Origin: a virus
Taxonomy: Duplodnaviria > Caudoviricetes
Strand: one strand, 5' to 3'
IMG/VR virus record: IMGVR_UViG_3300043432_000037
Coordinates: 1-47,553 of that record
Length of the DNA stretch: 47,553 nucleotides
The notes beneath the pieces are model-generated. The model did no database searches. It had not been told where the DNA came from and was given only the letters and a program-made list of their open reading frames with translations. Made by a program: the position numbers and the translations under genes. Below, one piece after another: positions 1-7,713 of the stretch. Within the stretch, counting starts at the first letter, position 1; each line of letters starts with the position of its first letter.

Positions 1-127
1 AGCGGGGCGCCCCAAGCGTCAAGCCGCAGCCGCACGCAGCAAGTTGCTAGTTGTTACTAAGCGGAAGCAGCTGGCAGCAGCTAGTTGTTACTTGTTATAG
101 CTACTAACAGTGGCTGGGCAGCTAGCT
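1..127. repeat. Terminal direct repeat, identical to 47427-47553 (probable assembly overlap of a circular contig)
   Basis: Exact 127-nt identity between the two ends; 127 is a common assembler k-mer length. Confidence 0.9.
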
Positions 128-176
128 GTTGATAGTAATAGCTGGAGCGGAGCAGTGGCCCCCGGCTCACGCCGCG

Positions 177-216
177 TTTCTCACCCGTATTACAGGCTCT
201 TAATGCGCGCGAGTAA
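177..216. repeat. 40-bp dyad element, copy 1
   Basis: TTTCTCACCCGTATTA-caggctct-TAATGCGCGCGAGTAA. Confidence 0.9.
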
Positions 217-226
217 CTGTAAATCA

Positions 227-266
227 TTTCTCACCCGTATTAAGGGCTGATAACGCGCGCGAGAAA
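227..266. repeat. 40-bp dyad element, copy 2
   Basis: TTTCTCACCCGTATTA-agggctga-TAACGCGCGCGAGAAA; starts 50 bp after copy 1. Confidence 0.9.
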
Positions 267-428
267 TGATGCAAATTTTCTGAAAAAATTAAAAATTTCG
301 CAACCTGCCGCAATTCACAGCTACTAACAGGCTGGCGCAGGGACTGCAAGATTGTAAAATTTTTCAAAAATCCTGGACGGTGCAATACAACTTTTTTCAG
401 CCAGCAAAAATTTCCCCCTCCCCCTGGG

Positions 429-922
429 TTATCCACTGGCCGTCCACTGGCCGCGACGTTATCCACTGCCAGACGTCGAGTTGTCCACTGCCGACGGGGA
501 TAACTTGTGGATTGTGGTGCGCGGCAGCCGTCCGGCGGTGGATAACTCCATGCTGCAGTGCATAACGTGTGGGCAACGCAGGCTTGGTCGGCGCGTTGTG
601 TGGATAACTGCCATGCAACCCCCACACTTACCCACATGTTATCCACTGACCCAACGTTGTCCACAGCTTATACACGGCGGAGCAGTCATGCACATAATGC
701 ATTATCCACAATTGTGTGAACAAGTCTGTGCATAACTATGTGACAATGGCATGTGGCAGTGTAATTATAAATAATACACTATTGTGGTGCGAAAATCCCC
801 ATTGTAGTGCGGTAGTTACTATTATGGTGCAATAGGTCCAACGGCCAAAAAGGATAACTTTTGAACAACTTGTGCATAACGTTAGTAACCCATTGATTTA
901 TATAGGGTTTGTGTGTGGATAG
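429..922. promoter_or_regulatory. Array of about 20 DnaA-box-like 9-mers (oriC-like region)
   Basis: Perfect TTATCCACA at 599-607(-) and 702-710; TTATGCACA at 727-735(-) and 871-879(-); TTATCCACT at 429, 459, 639; other 1-2 mismatch boxes at 481, 537, 557, 568, 628, 657, 668, 686, 715, 914; AT-rich stretch about 761-830. Confidence 0.75.
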
Positions 923-1027
923 TGAAAACACTGAAAAGTTGGCATAGTCCATGCATAGGTAACGGGGCTCGGTAATGGTACCGGGTGCTAAATGGGGCAA
1001 GCCCCTACAATTGAAAGGACAATTATC

Positions 1028-1543
1028 ATGGCTTCTAAATCCACAACATCCACAGCTGTTGCAGCCACTATCGACGCCCACATGCTCACGCTCGCATTTC
1101 AGCATGGCAAAGAGCTAATTGTCGATATGCGCGCACTCTCACCCATGATAGCGCAAGCCGCTATCATGCACGGCTTGAAACAAAAGCTTGTTGATGCAGC
1201 TGCCATCGCACGTAATCCTGATACAGGCGCCAGCGCTACTATCGACGATAAATTTCAGGCTGTTTTGGAAGTGTTCGAGCGCATCACAAGCCCCACCGGA
1301 ACATGGAACAAGGTACGCGGTGACGGGACGGGCACAGGTGGCACCGGGTTGCTGGTCCGCGCTCTCATGGCAATATTCGGCAAGGATGAAGACGCTATTC
1401 GGGCACAATTGGACGATTGCAGCGACGAAGAAGTCAAAGCCCTGCGCTCAAGCCCCAAGGTCGCGGCGAAGATGGCAGAATTGAAAGCGGCAAAATCCAA
1501 CATTGACACGGATGCCCTGCTGAGCAAGTTCGGCGCAAAATAA
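1028..1543 (+). CDS. Early hypothetical protein, paralog of 2954-3523
   Basis: GAAAGGA SD before ATG 1028; shares HG.(K/E)QKL.D, W, L.RAL...GK and IDTDALL.KFG with 2954-3523. Confidence 0.85.
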   Translation: MASKSTTSTAVAATIDAHMLTLAFQHGKELIVDMRALSPMIAQAAIMHGLKQKLVDAAAIARNPDTGASATIDDKFQAVLEVFERITSPTGTWNKVRGDGTGTGGTGLLVRALMAIFGKDEDAIRAQLDDCSDEEVKALRSSPKVAAKMAELKAAKSNIDTDALLSKFGAK

Positions 1544-1545
1544 GA

Positions 1546-1566
1546 ACCAGCCCCTTCGGGGGTTTG
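1546..1566 (+). terminator. CCCC-TTCG-GGGG hairpin (weak terminator or processing stem)
   Basis: cUUCGg tetraloop hairpin right after the stop codon; short U tract. Confidence 0.55.
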
Positions 1567-1648
1567 CCAATGTTCTTATTAATTAAATACATTGTGGCCA
1601 GTATCGCACTGGCCTACATTTTCACACACTATTTATAAGGGGTTTATC

Positions 1649-1903
1649 ATGGCAAAAGCCAAAACCACAATTTGCTGCATCCGTTGGGTTAACGTGCTGC
1701 CCAAGGGCACAGCTAAAATGAAAATGAGCTTTGACGTTACCGTGCCAGCGGACTGTGAGCAAGCGGAAAAGCAGCTGGACATGCTGCATGATGCTGGTAT
1801 TCCCTATCAAATCACAGGCGCATTATTCCAGGGGCACGGCTTCGCGCTCGCAGCCAAGGCCTGCATGGAGCCTGACAATATCGGGTCAATCTACGCCCAT
1901 TAA
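1649..1903 (+). CDS. Hypothetical protein
   Basis: AAGGGG SD and ATG at 1649. Confidence 0.7.
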   Translation: MAKAKTTICCIRWVNVLPKGTAKMKMSFDVTVPADCEQAEKQLDMLHDAGIPYQITGALFQGHGFALAAKACMEPDNIGSIYAH

Positions 1904-1916
1904 GGAACATCACACC

Positions 1917-2009
1917 ATGAGCTATCTGCACCATATTGCCCATTGTCAATCCTTGAAGGCCAAGCCCCTGACGTATGTGCAGTGGCTCAGATTGATTGAT
2001 TCTCTCTAA
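1917..2009 (+). CDS. Small hypothetical protein (30 aa)
   Basis: TAAGGA SD then ATG 1917 (MSYLHHIAHC...); followed by a UUCG hairpin. Confidence 0.55.
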   Translation: MSYLHHIAHCQSLKAKPLTYVQWLRLIDSL

Positions 2010-2088
2010 CCCCCAGCCCCTTCGGGGGTTTGCTGTGTTTTGCCCAGTCACGTTTACGCGCAGCTAAAATCGGAAAATCGGACTGACT

Positions 2089-2110
2089 AAGCCCCTTCGG
2101 GGGCTTTTTT
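2089..2110 (+). terminator. Rho-independent terminator
   Basis: AAGCCCC-TTCG-GGGCTTTTTT. Confidence 0.85.
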
Positions 2111-2120
2111 ACTTGGGGGG

Positions 2121-2160
2121 TTTCTCGCGCCCATTATTGGCCTGTAATACGGGCATAAAA
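2121..2160. repeat. 40-bp dyad element, copy 3
   Basis: TTTCTCGCGCCCATTA-ttggcctg-TAATACGGGCATAAAA. Confidence 0.9.
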
Positions 2161-2366
2161 CCCCCTAATAGAACCATAGCAGCAACCCCCTAAAATCGAC
2201 GTATACGGGCCGCAAATCATTAGCCTATACCTATGCCCCACCATACCCGAAAAAACGCCCCAAAACCCCGTTAAACGTGCCGCCTGCGCAGCCTGAAGTA
2301 TTGACGATACACCTTGCAACGTGGCAAAACCCGGAAAACCAGCCAAAACACGGAGAAACCCTCAAA

Positions 2367-2825
2367 ATGACTGAACAATACAAACACTTCCGCGGCTCGC
2401 GCGCATCCAGCTTCGGGCCTGAGTATGAGCAACTACTGCTGACTGTGTGGGCCAAAACACCTTTCCGCTTCCCCTTCGAGACCACGGCCCAAGCCAAGGC
2501 CATGCGGAATCGGCTTTACGCCTACTTCAGGCACTTGCGCTCGGAAAACATCCGACTGGACCTTGTGGAAATCGCAGACTCGCTGATGATGCAGCTGGCT
2601 GAAAACGACAATGTTCTGGTATTCCTGCGCCATGAGCAGATGTGGGACCACCAGAAGATCAGAGACCTGCTCAAGCTCGAAACTGACAAGTTCGGCCTCA
2701 AAGCTGCCGACGGCGAAGAACTGCGCCAGCCAGACCTCATGGGTTCCCGTCTCGCGCGTCAGGTACAGGACATCCGCAAGCGTGAAGCCGGTGGGCAGCG
2801 AATTGTGCCCCCGTTCAAAACTTAG
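2367..2825 (+). CDS. Hypothetical protein (basic, possibly DNA-binding)
   Basis: GGAG SD upstream of ATG 2367; 152 aa ORF. Confidence 0.75.
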   Translation: MTEQYKHFRGSRASSFGPEYEQLLLTVWAKTPFRFPFETTAQAKAMRNRLYAYFRHLRSENIRLDLVEIADSLMMQLAENDNVLVFLRHEQMWDHQKIRDLLKLETDKFGLKAADGEELRQPDLMGSRLARQVQDIRKREAGGQRIVPPFKT

Positions 2826-2835
2826 TAAATAGTTA

Positions 2836-2863
2836 TTGACGGCTGGCGCAAACCCGATACTAT
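2836..2863 (+). promoter_or_regulatory. Sigma70-like promoter
   Basis: TTGACG-16 nt-TACTAT upstream of 2954. Confidence 0.55.
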
Positions 2864-2953
2864 TCATTTATCCGCCCCGTTTTGGGGTTTGGTCAGGCAA
2901 CTGGGTTAAGCCTCATTTCGTTAATTACCCCTTATTCATACTAGGAATAGAAA

Positions 2954-3523
2954 ATGGCAACAGCTCCCCGCAAAGAAACTGAATACACCACAGTGACCAT
3001 GGACGATGGTCGCATTGTGGAATTCCCTGGCAAACGCCGCATGCAAAAGTCCAGCCAAGAGCGCGACGATGGCAGCTTGGCTGTGCGCTTGGACTTCGTG
3101 AATGGCGAAACCCGCATCTTCACATTGCCCGAAGCCCTGCTGAGCAAATTCGCTTTGCACGGCGCTGAGCAAAAGCTGGGCGACGAAATCTCTGGCTTGG
3201 ACGACGTGGAAGACGCAGTTCTGGCCATTGATGACTTGATGGACCGCTTGGCCAAGGGTGAATGGGCAATCAAACGCGAATCCAGCGGCTTGGCCGGCGC
3301 TTCCGTGTTGGCCCGCGCCTTGGTCGAACTGACTGGCAAGTCCGCAATTGCGGTGAAGGAAGACCTCAAAGCTCTGTCCCAAGCCGAAAAGAACGCACTG
3401 CGCGACCACCCCAAGCTCAAGCCGATCATCGAAAAGCTGGAAGCCAACAAGAAGAAAAAGCCTGTGGATGCTATCGACACCGATGCATTGCTGGGCAAAT
3501 TCGGCGAAGTTGCTGCCAGCTAA
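2954..3523 (+). CDS. Early hypothetical protein, paralog of 1028-1543
   Basis: 189 aa, AGGA SD; its C-terminal two-thirds align by eye with 1028-1543. Confidence 0.9.
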   Translation: MATAPRKETEYTTVTMDDGRIVEFPGKRRMQKSSQERDDGSLAVRLDFVNGETRIFTLPEALLSKFALHGAEQKLGDEISGLDDVEDAVLAIDDLMDRLAKGEWAIKRESSGLAGASVLARALVELTGKSAIAVKEDLKALSQAEKNALRDHPKLKPIIEKLEANKKKKPVDAIDTDALLGKFGEVAAS

Positions 3524-3574
3524 AGCGAACTGCTAGGGGGAGTTTTTTCCTTTCGCCCCTTAGTAGTTTTGGAG

Positions 3575-3609
3575 AAGCCCCCAGGTGTTATGAGCCTGGG
3601 GGCTTTTTT
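3575..3609 (+). terminator. Rho-independent terminator
   Basis: AAGCCCCCAGG...CCTGGGGGCTTTTTT. Confidence 0.85.
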
Positions 3610-3624
3610 ACTTAAAGAATGGGG

Positions 3625-3664
3625 TTTCATGCCCGCGTTATCCGTTGATAATACGGGTGAATAA
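3625..3664. repeat. 40-bp dyad element, copy 4
   Basis: TTTCATGCCCGCGTTA-tccgttga-TAATACGGGTGAATAA. Confidence 0.9.
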
Positions 3665-3699
3665 CAGCTAAGTCTTGCAGTTGACCATGCAAAACTGTG

Positions 3700-3727
3700 T
3701 TGATTTCTCGCGCGAGTATGTTATAAT
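3700..3727 (+). promoter_or_regulatory. Sigma70-like promoter with extended -10
   Basis: TTGATT-16 nt-TATAAT with TGn before the -10. Confidence 0.7.
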
Positions 3728-3778
3728 CTCAATACGTGCGGTAATCCTACCGCACGACACTCACTGAAAGGAAATAAA

Positions 3779-4429
3779 GTGAACCAAGACAATCTGCCGC
3801 CAGACGACGGCACGGACGAAGACAATGGCTTTTCATTCGGCGACCTGCTCAAGGAAGCCTTAGCGCACAAAGCCGACACACAGCTGCTCAAAGACGGGCG
3901 CAAAGCCCTGAAAGAAAAACGCCCAATGTCTGGCGACGCTCTCAACGACATGCTGCAGGACATTCGACGCATTGAATTGCAGCGCGAATGGCTGCCCCGA
4001 GCAGCAGTTGCTATGTTTCAGATTCAACATTGCACATGCTGCGAAAACTACACAGCAATGTTTACCGGAATCTTCCAGCGTCAGAAGCACCGCACGCTCA
4101 AAGAAGCCGACCGTTGGGTCGCTGCCACCGACGAAGAAAACAGCACGCTCAAGAAAGAAGTCAAAACCACTGAAGTTGACGTTCCATTGTGCGCTTTCTG
4201 CCTCGACGACAATGGCTTTCCGGGCAAGCAGCTCGGCATCACATTTGACGACGAACCAGAAGTTGCTGATGACGAACCAGAGGTTGAAGAACCTTCCGAC
4301 GACGAAGAGCCAATGTCCGCTGAAGAGCAAGAGCAGCTCCAGTTCGAGGCCGACCAAGACGAAATCGCAGACTCTTTGCAACTCCCCACCACTCAACCCA
4401 CCCAGGAGCTTCTCCATGTCCCAGTCTAA
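3779..4429 (+). CDS. Hypothetical protein with Cys pairs and an acidic C-terminal tail
   Basis: GAAAGGA SD, GTG start; CTCC and CAFC motifs; D/E-rich tail. Confidence 0.8.
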   Translation: MNQDNLPPDDGTDEDNGFSFGDLLKEALAHKADTQLLKDGRKALKEKRPMSGDALNDMLQDIRRIELQREWLPRAAVAMFQIQHCTCCENYTAMFTGIFQRQKHRTLKEADRWVAATDEENSTLKKEVKTTEVDVPLCAFCLDDNGFPGKQLGITFDDEPEVADDEPEVEEPSDDEEPMSAEEQEQLQFEADQDEIADSLQLPTTQPTQELLHVPV

Positions 4430-4604
4430 AGGCTCTGAACTCAAGCGCATCATTATGAAGCGCGACAACATTTCGTCTGAAGAAGCTGACGATATGATCG
4501 CTGATGCCAAAGAAGCAATTGCTGAAGGTGCTGACCCGGAAGAAGTTCTTGCCCAGGACTTCGGCTTGGAACCTGACTACATTTTCGACCTAATCGACAT
4601 CTAA
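4416..4604 (+). CDS. Small acidic hypothetical protein
   Basis: AGGAG SD, ATG 4416 (MSQSKG...FGLEPDYIFDLIDI). Confidence 0.75.
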   Translation: MSQSKGSELKRIIMKRDNISSEEADDMIADAKEAIAEGADPEEVLAQDFGLEPDYIFDLIDI

Positions 4605-4607
4605 GCC

Positions 4608-4790
4608 ATGCCACAGTCAGACGATTACATAGAAAACCTGTGCAGCGACTGTAACGGATGCGGCGAAGGTCGCTACGAAGGCACTCGCTGCTTAACCTGC
4701 CATGGCAAGGGCGTCGTGTACAGTCACGAAAACGACGACTGCGACCCGCCAGAGCCTGAGTTTTGCGATGAAGAAGGCAACATCCTGTGA
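4608..4790 (+). CDS. Small DnaJ-type zinc-finger protein
   Basis: CSDCNGCG...CLTCHGKG (CxxCxGxG repeats). Confidence 0.7.
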   Translation: MPQSDDYIENLCSDCNGCGEGRYEGTRCLTCHGKGVVYSHENDDCDPPEPEFCDEEGNIL

Positions 4791-5002
4791 ACCGCGGCCT
4801 CAACCCTAAAGCAAGGCAGGCTGAGCTTGAACCAGAACCGCCGCAAGCCTCCCTATACCGTTTGGACTTCAACCCCAAAGACGGTTTCTGGTACCTGTGT
4901 ATTAACACGGCAGCCAACGGCTATTGGCCTATTGAGCAGTTCATGACCCAGGAAGCTGGGCAGAAACGCTATGCACAAGTGGCAAAGACCTGTACCATGT
5001 AA
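4787..5002 (+). CDS. Hypothetical protein
   Basis: GTGA overlap with the upstream gene. Confidence 0.6.
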   Translation: MNRGLNPKARQAELEPEPPQASLYRLDFNPKDGFWYLCINTAANGYWPIEQFMTQEAGQKRYAQVAKTCTM

Positions 5003-5195
5003 TTGCGGTGCCTACTGGTTCCCCCATCGGAAAACCAGTGGTGCCTGCATTTTTCGTGCCAACCAGATACCAGCACTGCACATTCTGGCCAGCCGATACA
5101 GCTGGTCCGAAGCCACCCTCACAGAAGCAATTATTGATTGGCTGTGGAGTTATCAGCAACCATTACACGAATGCACCCCTGAGTGCCCTTTTTAA
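4971..5195 (+). CDS. Hypothetical Cys/His-rich protein
   Basis: PCNCGAYWFPHR...GAC motif; packed within the operon. Confidence 0.6.
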   Translation: MHKWQRPVPCNCGAYWFPHRKTSGACIFRANQIPALHILASRYSWSEATLTEAIIDWLWSYQQPLHECTPECPF

Positions 5196-5196
5196 C

Positions 5197-5376
5197 ATGA
5201 AAATCCTTCAGAACATCCTTGCCACTATTGGCGCTTTCAGCTTGTTCATTGCAGCCAGCATTTGGGCAGGCTATGAAAGCGAAATGCAAGCCCCGCAAAA
5301 GTGTGTCGTCCCGAAGTGCAAACTTCCCTGCAGCAAGCCTGCCGAGCGCACCTTCATCGTCGAGGACTGCAAATGA
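5197..5376 (+). CDS. Small membrane or secreted protein
   Basis: N-terminal hydrophobic segment and Cys-rich tail. Confidence 0.6.
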   Translation: MKILQNILATIGAFSLFIAASIWAGYESEMQAPQKCVVPKCKLPCSKPAERTFIVEDCK

Positions 5377-5585
5377 GACTGCCCAAGCTCCCCGCGCGGA
5401 CCCACTACTTGCTGATTGTCTTGTGGGCCGAAGGTCACCCAGTCTACTTCCAAGGCCTCCATGGTCAGTGGATTTACGCGGCCTCGCCAAACTGGGACAG
5501 CCATTCCACGTACTCAATAGAACTTGAAAATCACCGCTTGACCTCTGGACCCGACGGTGTGACACTAGACCCACTAACCGCTTAA
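5373..5585 (+). CDS. Hypothetical protein
   Basis: ATGA overlap with the upstream gene. Confidence 0.55.
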   Translation: MRLPKLPARTHYLLIVLWAEGHPVYFQGLHGQWIYAASPNWDSHSTYSIELENHRLTSGPDGVTLDPLTA

Positions 5586-5600
5586 CCATCTGGAGTAACT

Positions 5601-5822
5601 ATGCCAAGGCCCAAACAAACCATTCCTTCGACCTTCCGCAACATCGCAATTCCCCAGCCTCTGGCTGACAAGCTCGATTTGCACTTGTACAGCGAGTTGG
5701 AAGAGCGCATCCCGACTGGGGCGTACAAAGAGTTTTTCAGTAACCTGCTTGTGCAGTACTTTGAGGCACTGAAAACGCCTTGCAAACACTGCAATGGCAC
5801 TGGTGTTAAGGGGATTATGTGA
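5601..5822 (+). CDS. Putative ribbon-helix-helix-like DNA-binding protein with C-terminal CxxCxGxG
   Basis: GGAG SD; MPRPK...RNIAIPQPLADKLD strand-helix pattern (fold inferred). Confidence 0.6.
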   Translation: MPRPKQTIPSTFRNIAIPQPLADKLDLHLYSELEERIPTGAYKEFFSNLLVQYFEALKTPCKHCNGTGVKGIM

Positions 5823-6223
5823 TGGCACAACACCCACATAAAGAAATCATTGATGCATGGACTGCGGATACGTCGATTGAGATTGAGTTTTATGAGCCTT
5901 CGCTAAGTAAATGGTTTCCATCAGATTGGAGGGCATTAACTGCGGAAGCATACGCTGAGGCGCAGTTCCGCATCAAACCCAGGATGCGCAGCGTCACTGT
6001 TGACGGCGTGAAGTACGAATGGCCGGAGCCTATGCGTGTTGCGCCTGAATACGGGACACCTTATTGGTATATCTCCGCATACCCAAACAAAGTCTGCGAG
6101 TCGTCGTGGACAAACCACGAGTATGACAAAGAAGTTTTGAAGATTGGCTTCGTGCAAGCAACAAAAGAAGGCGCAGAAGCACATCGTCGTGCACTGATTG
6201 CAGTCAGCGGAGGTGAACTGTGA
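5822..6223 (+). CDS. Hypothetical phage protein
   Basis: TGATG overlap; HPHKEIIDAW...FRIKP and PEPMRVAPEYGTPYW motifs seen in phage hypotheticals. Confidence 0.75.
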   Translation: MAQHPHKEIIDAWTADTSIEIEFYEPSLSKWFPSDWRALTAEAYAEAQFRIKPRMRSVTVDGVKYEWPEPMRVAPEYGTPYWYISAYPNKVCESSWTNHEYDKEVLKIGFVQATKEGAEAHRRALIAVSGGEL

Positions 6224-6465
6224 CAGCACAAAAAGAAAATCGCCCAAACGGATGGGCTTTACGTCGATACCCAGATGGTCACGTTGGCGGCGTTGGTTTT
6301 GATTGCCCCGGCTGCGGCTCCGATTGCTTCGTGCCTATTGACGATGGGTCGAAAGGCTGGGTGTGGAATGGAAATGAACAAGAGCCAACGCTAACGCCTT
6401 CGCTGGGTCAGCGCTGCTGCTCGTGGCACGGATACCTTACCGATGGAAGTTTTGTATCTTGTTAA
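6220..6465 (+). CDS. DUF6527-like Cys/His protein
   Basis: FDCPGCG...WVWNGNEQEPTLTPSL...CCSWHGYLTDG. Confidence 0.65.
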   Translation: MTAQKENRPNGWALRRYPDGHVGGVGFDCPGCGSDCFVPIDDGSKGWVWNGNEQEPTLTPSLGQRCCSWHGYLTDGSFVSC

Positions 6466-6474
6466 AGGATTGGA

Positions 6475-6849
6475 ATGAAACACACAGAACTGATTGAACG
6501 GCTACGCGGGGTGGTGCAAAAGCTGCACCGCACACCAATGCCAATTGCTGACGTTGCGCCTATGGTTAGTGAAGCTGCCGATGCTATTGAATCGCTACAA
6601 GCGGAAGTTGAACGGCTGACTCTGGCTTGCAACAAAGCAGCACAAGCTGAACTCGACTTGCTTGCAGAGCGTGACGCATTGAAGCTGGATGCTGAACGGT
6701 ATCGGTGGTTTTCTGCTATTGCAGTATCTGGTGACTTTGAAAAAGCAGAGAAAGCATTTTCCTGCTTTGAAAATGCTGAATCGTGCACAAATCAAGAACT
6801 TGACGATGCAATTGATGCTGCCATCGCAGCTATGAAAGGTGCAGCATGA
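6475..6849 (+). CDS. Ead/Ea22-like hypothetical protein
   Basis: EAADAIESL coiled coil; DAERYRW...LDDAIDAAIA motif. Confidence 0.7.
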   Translation: MKHTELIERLRGVVQKLHRTPMPIADVAPMVSEAADAIESLQAEVERLTLACNKAAQAELDLLAERDALKLDAERYRWFSAIAVSGDFEKAEKAFSCFENAESCTNQELDDAIDAAIAAMKGAA

Positions 6850-7097
6850 CCAAGCTACCTGAACCAGCAATCCTACTGCCAGAAGGAAAGTGGCGCTTTG
6901 ATGTGGTTGGCCCTGTAAACGGAACTCTTAACCATTGCCCTGTTTACACCGAAGCCCAGATGCTCCAGTTCCGGCGTGATGCGTTGGAGGAAGCTGCAAA
7001 GCTGGTGGTGTCCCTTGCTACAACTGACTGCGTTGATTCCAACATCACAAGACACGAGTGTGCAGACGCAATCCGCAAACTTAAGGACGAGAAATGA
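6846..7097 (+). CDS. Hypothetical phage protein
   Basis: ATGA overlap; YTEAQM...ALEEAAK...CADAIRKL motif. Confidence 0.7.
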   Translation: MTKLPEPAILLPEGKWRFDVVGPVNGTLNHCPVYTEAQMLQFRRDALEEAAKLVVSLATTDCVDSNITRHECADAIRKLKDEK

Positions 7098-7450
7098 AAA
7101 TCTATATCGCAGGCCCAATGACAGGCCACCCTGAATGGAACTTTCCAGCTTTTACCCGAGCCGCGCACACCCTGCGCGCTTTGGGCTACGAAGTTGCAAG
7201 CCCCCACGAACTGTTCACACACACGGACCGCCCGTGGGCTTTCTACATGAAAGCTGCGCTAATCACGATGCTAACTTGCGACGCGATCTTCATGCTCGAT
7301 GGCTGGGAAAACAGCCGCGGTGCCAGCATCGAGCAGCAACTGGCGTCAGAACTTGACTACCACACCCTCTTCGAAAACGAAGGCTATCCCATCCACAAGG
7401 AGTTTAACCCACTATGCCAGGCCCCGTGCAATCCCCACACCCCAACTTAA
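7094..7450 (+). CDS. DUF4406 / nucleoside 2-deoxyribosyltransferase-like protein
   Basis: MKIYIAGPMTG...NFPAF...CDAIFMLDGWENSRGASIE signature. Confidence 0.85.
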   Translation: MKIYIAGPMTGHPEWNFPAFTRAAHTLRALGYEVASPHELFTHTDRPWAFYMKAALITMLTCDAIFMLDGWENSRGASIEQQLASELDYHTLFENEGYPIHKEFNPLCQAPCNPHTPT

Positions 7451-7713
7451 CCGAGACTTTGGCCGAACGCGGCAGTCGCTATGGGACCTTCATCGGCCAT
7501 GCAACTGTCACGCAAGACCTAAAGATGCTCATTAAAGAACACCTGGACTCTCGCGGCAAGATTTTGCCTGCAGACCAGCAAGAAACCTTGGACATGATCT
7601 GCCACAAAATCGGCAGAATCGTGAACGGTGATAACAATTACGACGACAGCTGGGTAGACATTGCAGGCTATGCCCAACTTATTTCTGACCGCCTGCGGGG
7701 AATCACACGATGA
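7414..7713 (+). CDS. DUF6378-like phage protein
   Basis: L.ERGSRYG.F...LDMICHKIGRI.NGD...DSWVDIAGYA. Confidence 0.75.
   Translation: MPGPVQSPHPNLTETLAERGSRYGTFIGHATVTQDLKMLIKEHLDSRGKILPADQQETLDMICHKIGRIVNGDNNYDDSWVDIAGYAQLISDRLRGITR

Noticed and set aside
1-127. 127-bp terminal repeat as a biological DTR
   Set aside because: The length equals a standard assembler k-mer, so it is best read as a circularisation overlap unless read data show otherwise.
177-266. Tandem dyads as a mini CRISPR array
   Set aside because: Only two adjacent units separated by 10 bp; the other copies are dispersed; no cas operon (the Cas4-like nuclease sits in a recombination module).
224-1105. ORFs 224-664, 380-565, 397-627, 481-735 and 779-1105
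   Set aside because: No SD or protein-like features; their recurring VDN/WIT/YPQ peptides are translations of the DnaA boxes.
2301-2330. Promoter upstream of 2367 (TTGACG...)
   Set aside because: Good -35 but no convincing -10 at 16-18 bp spacing.
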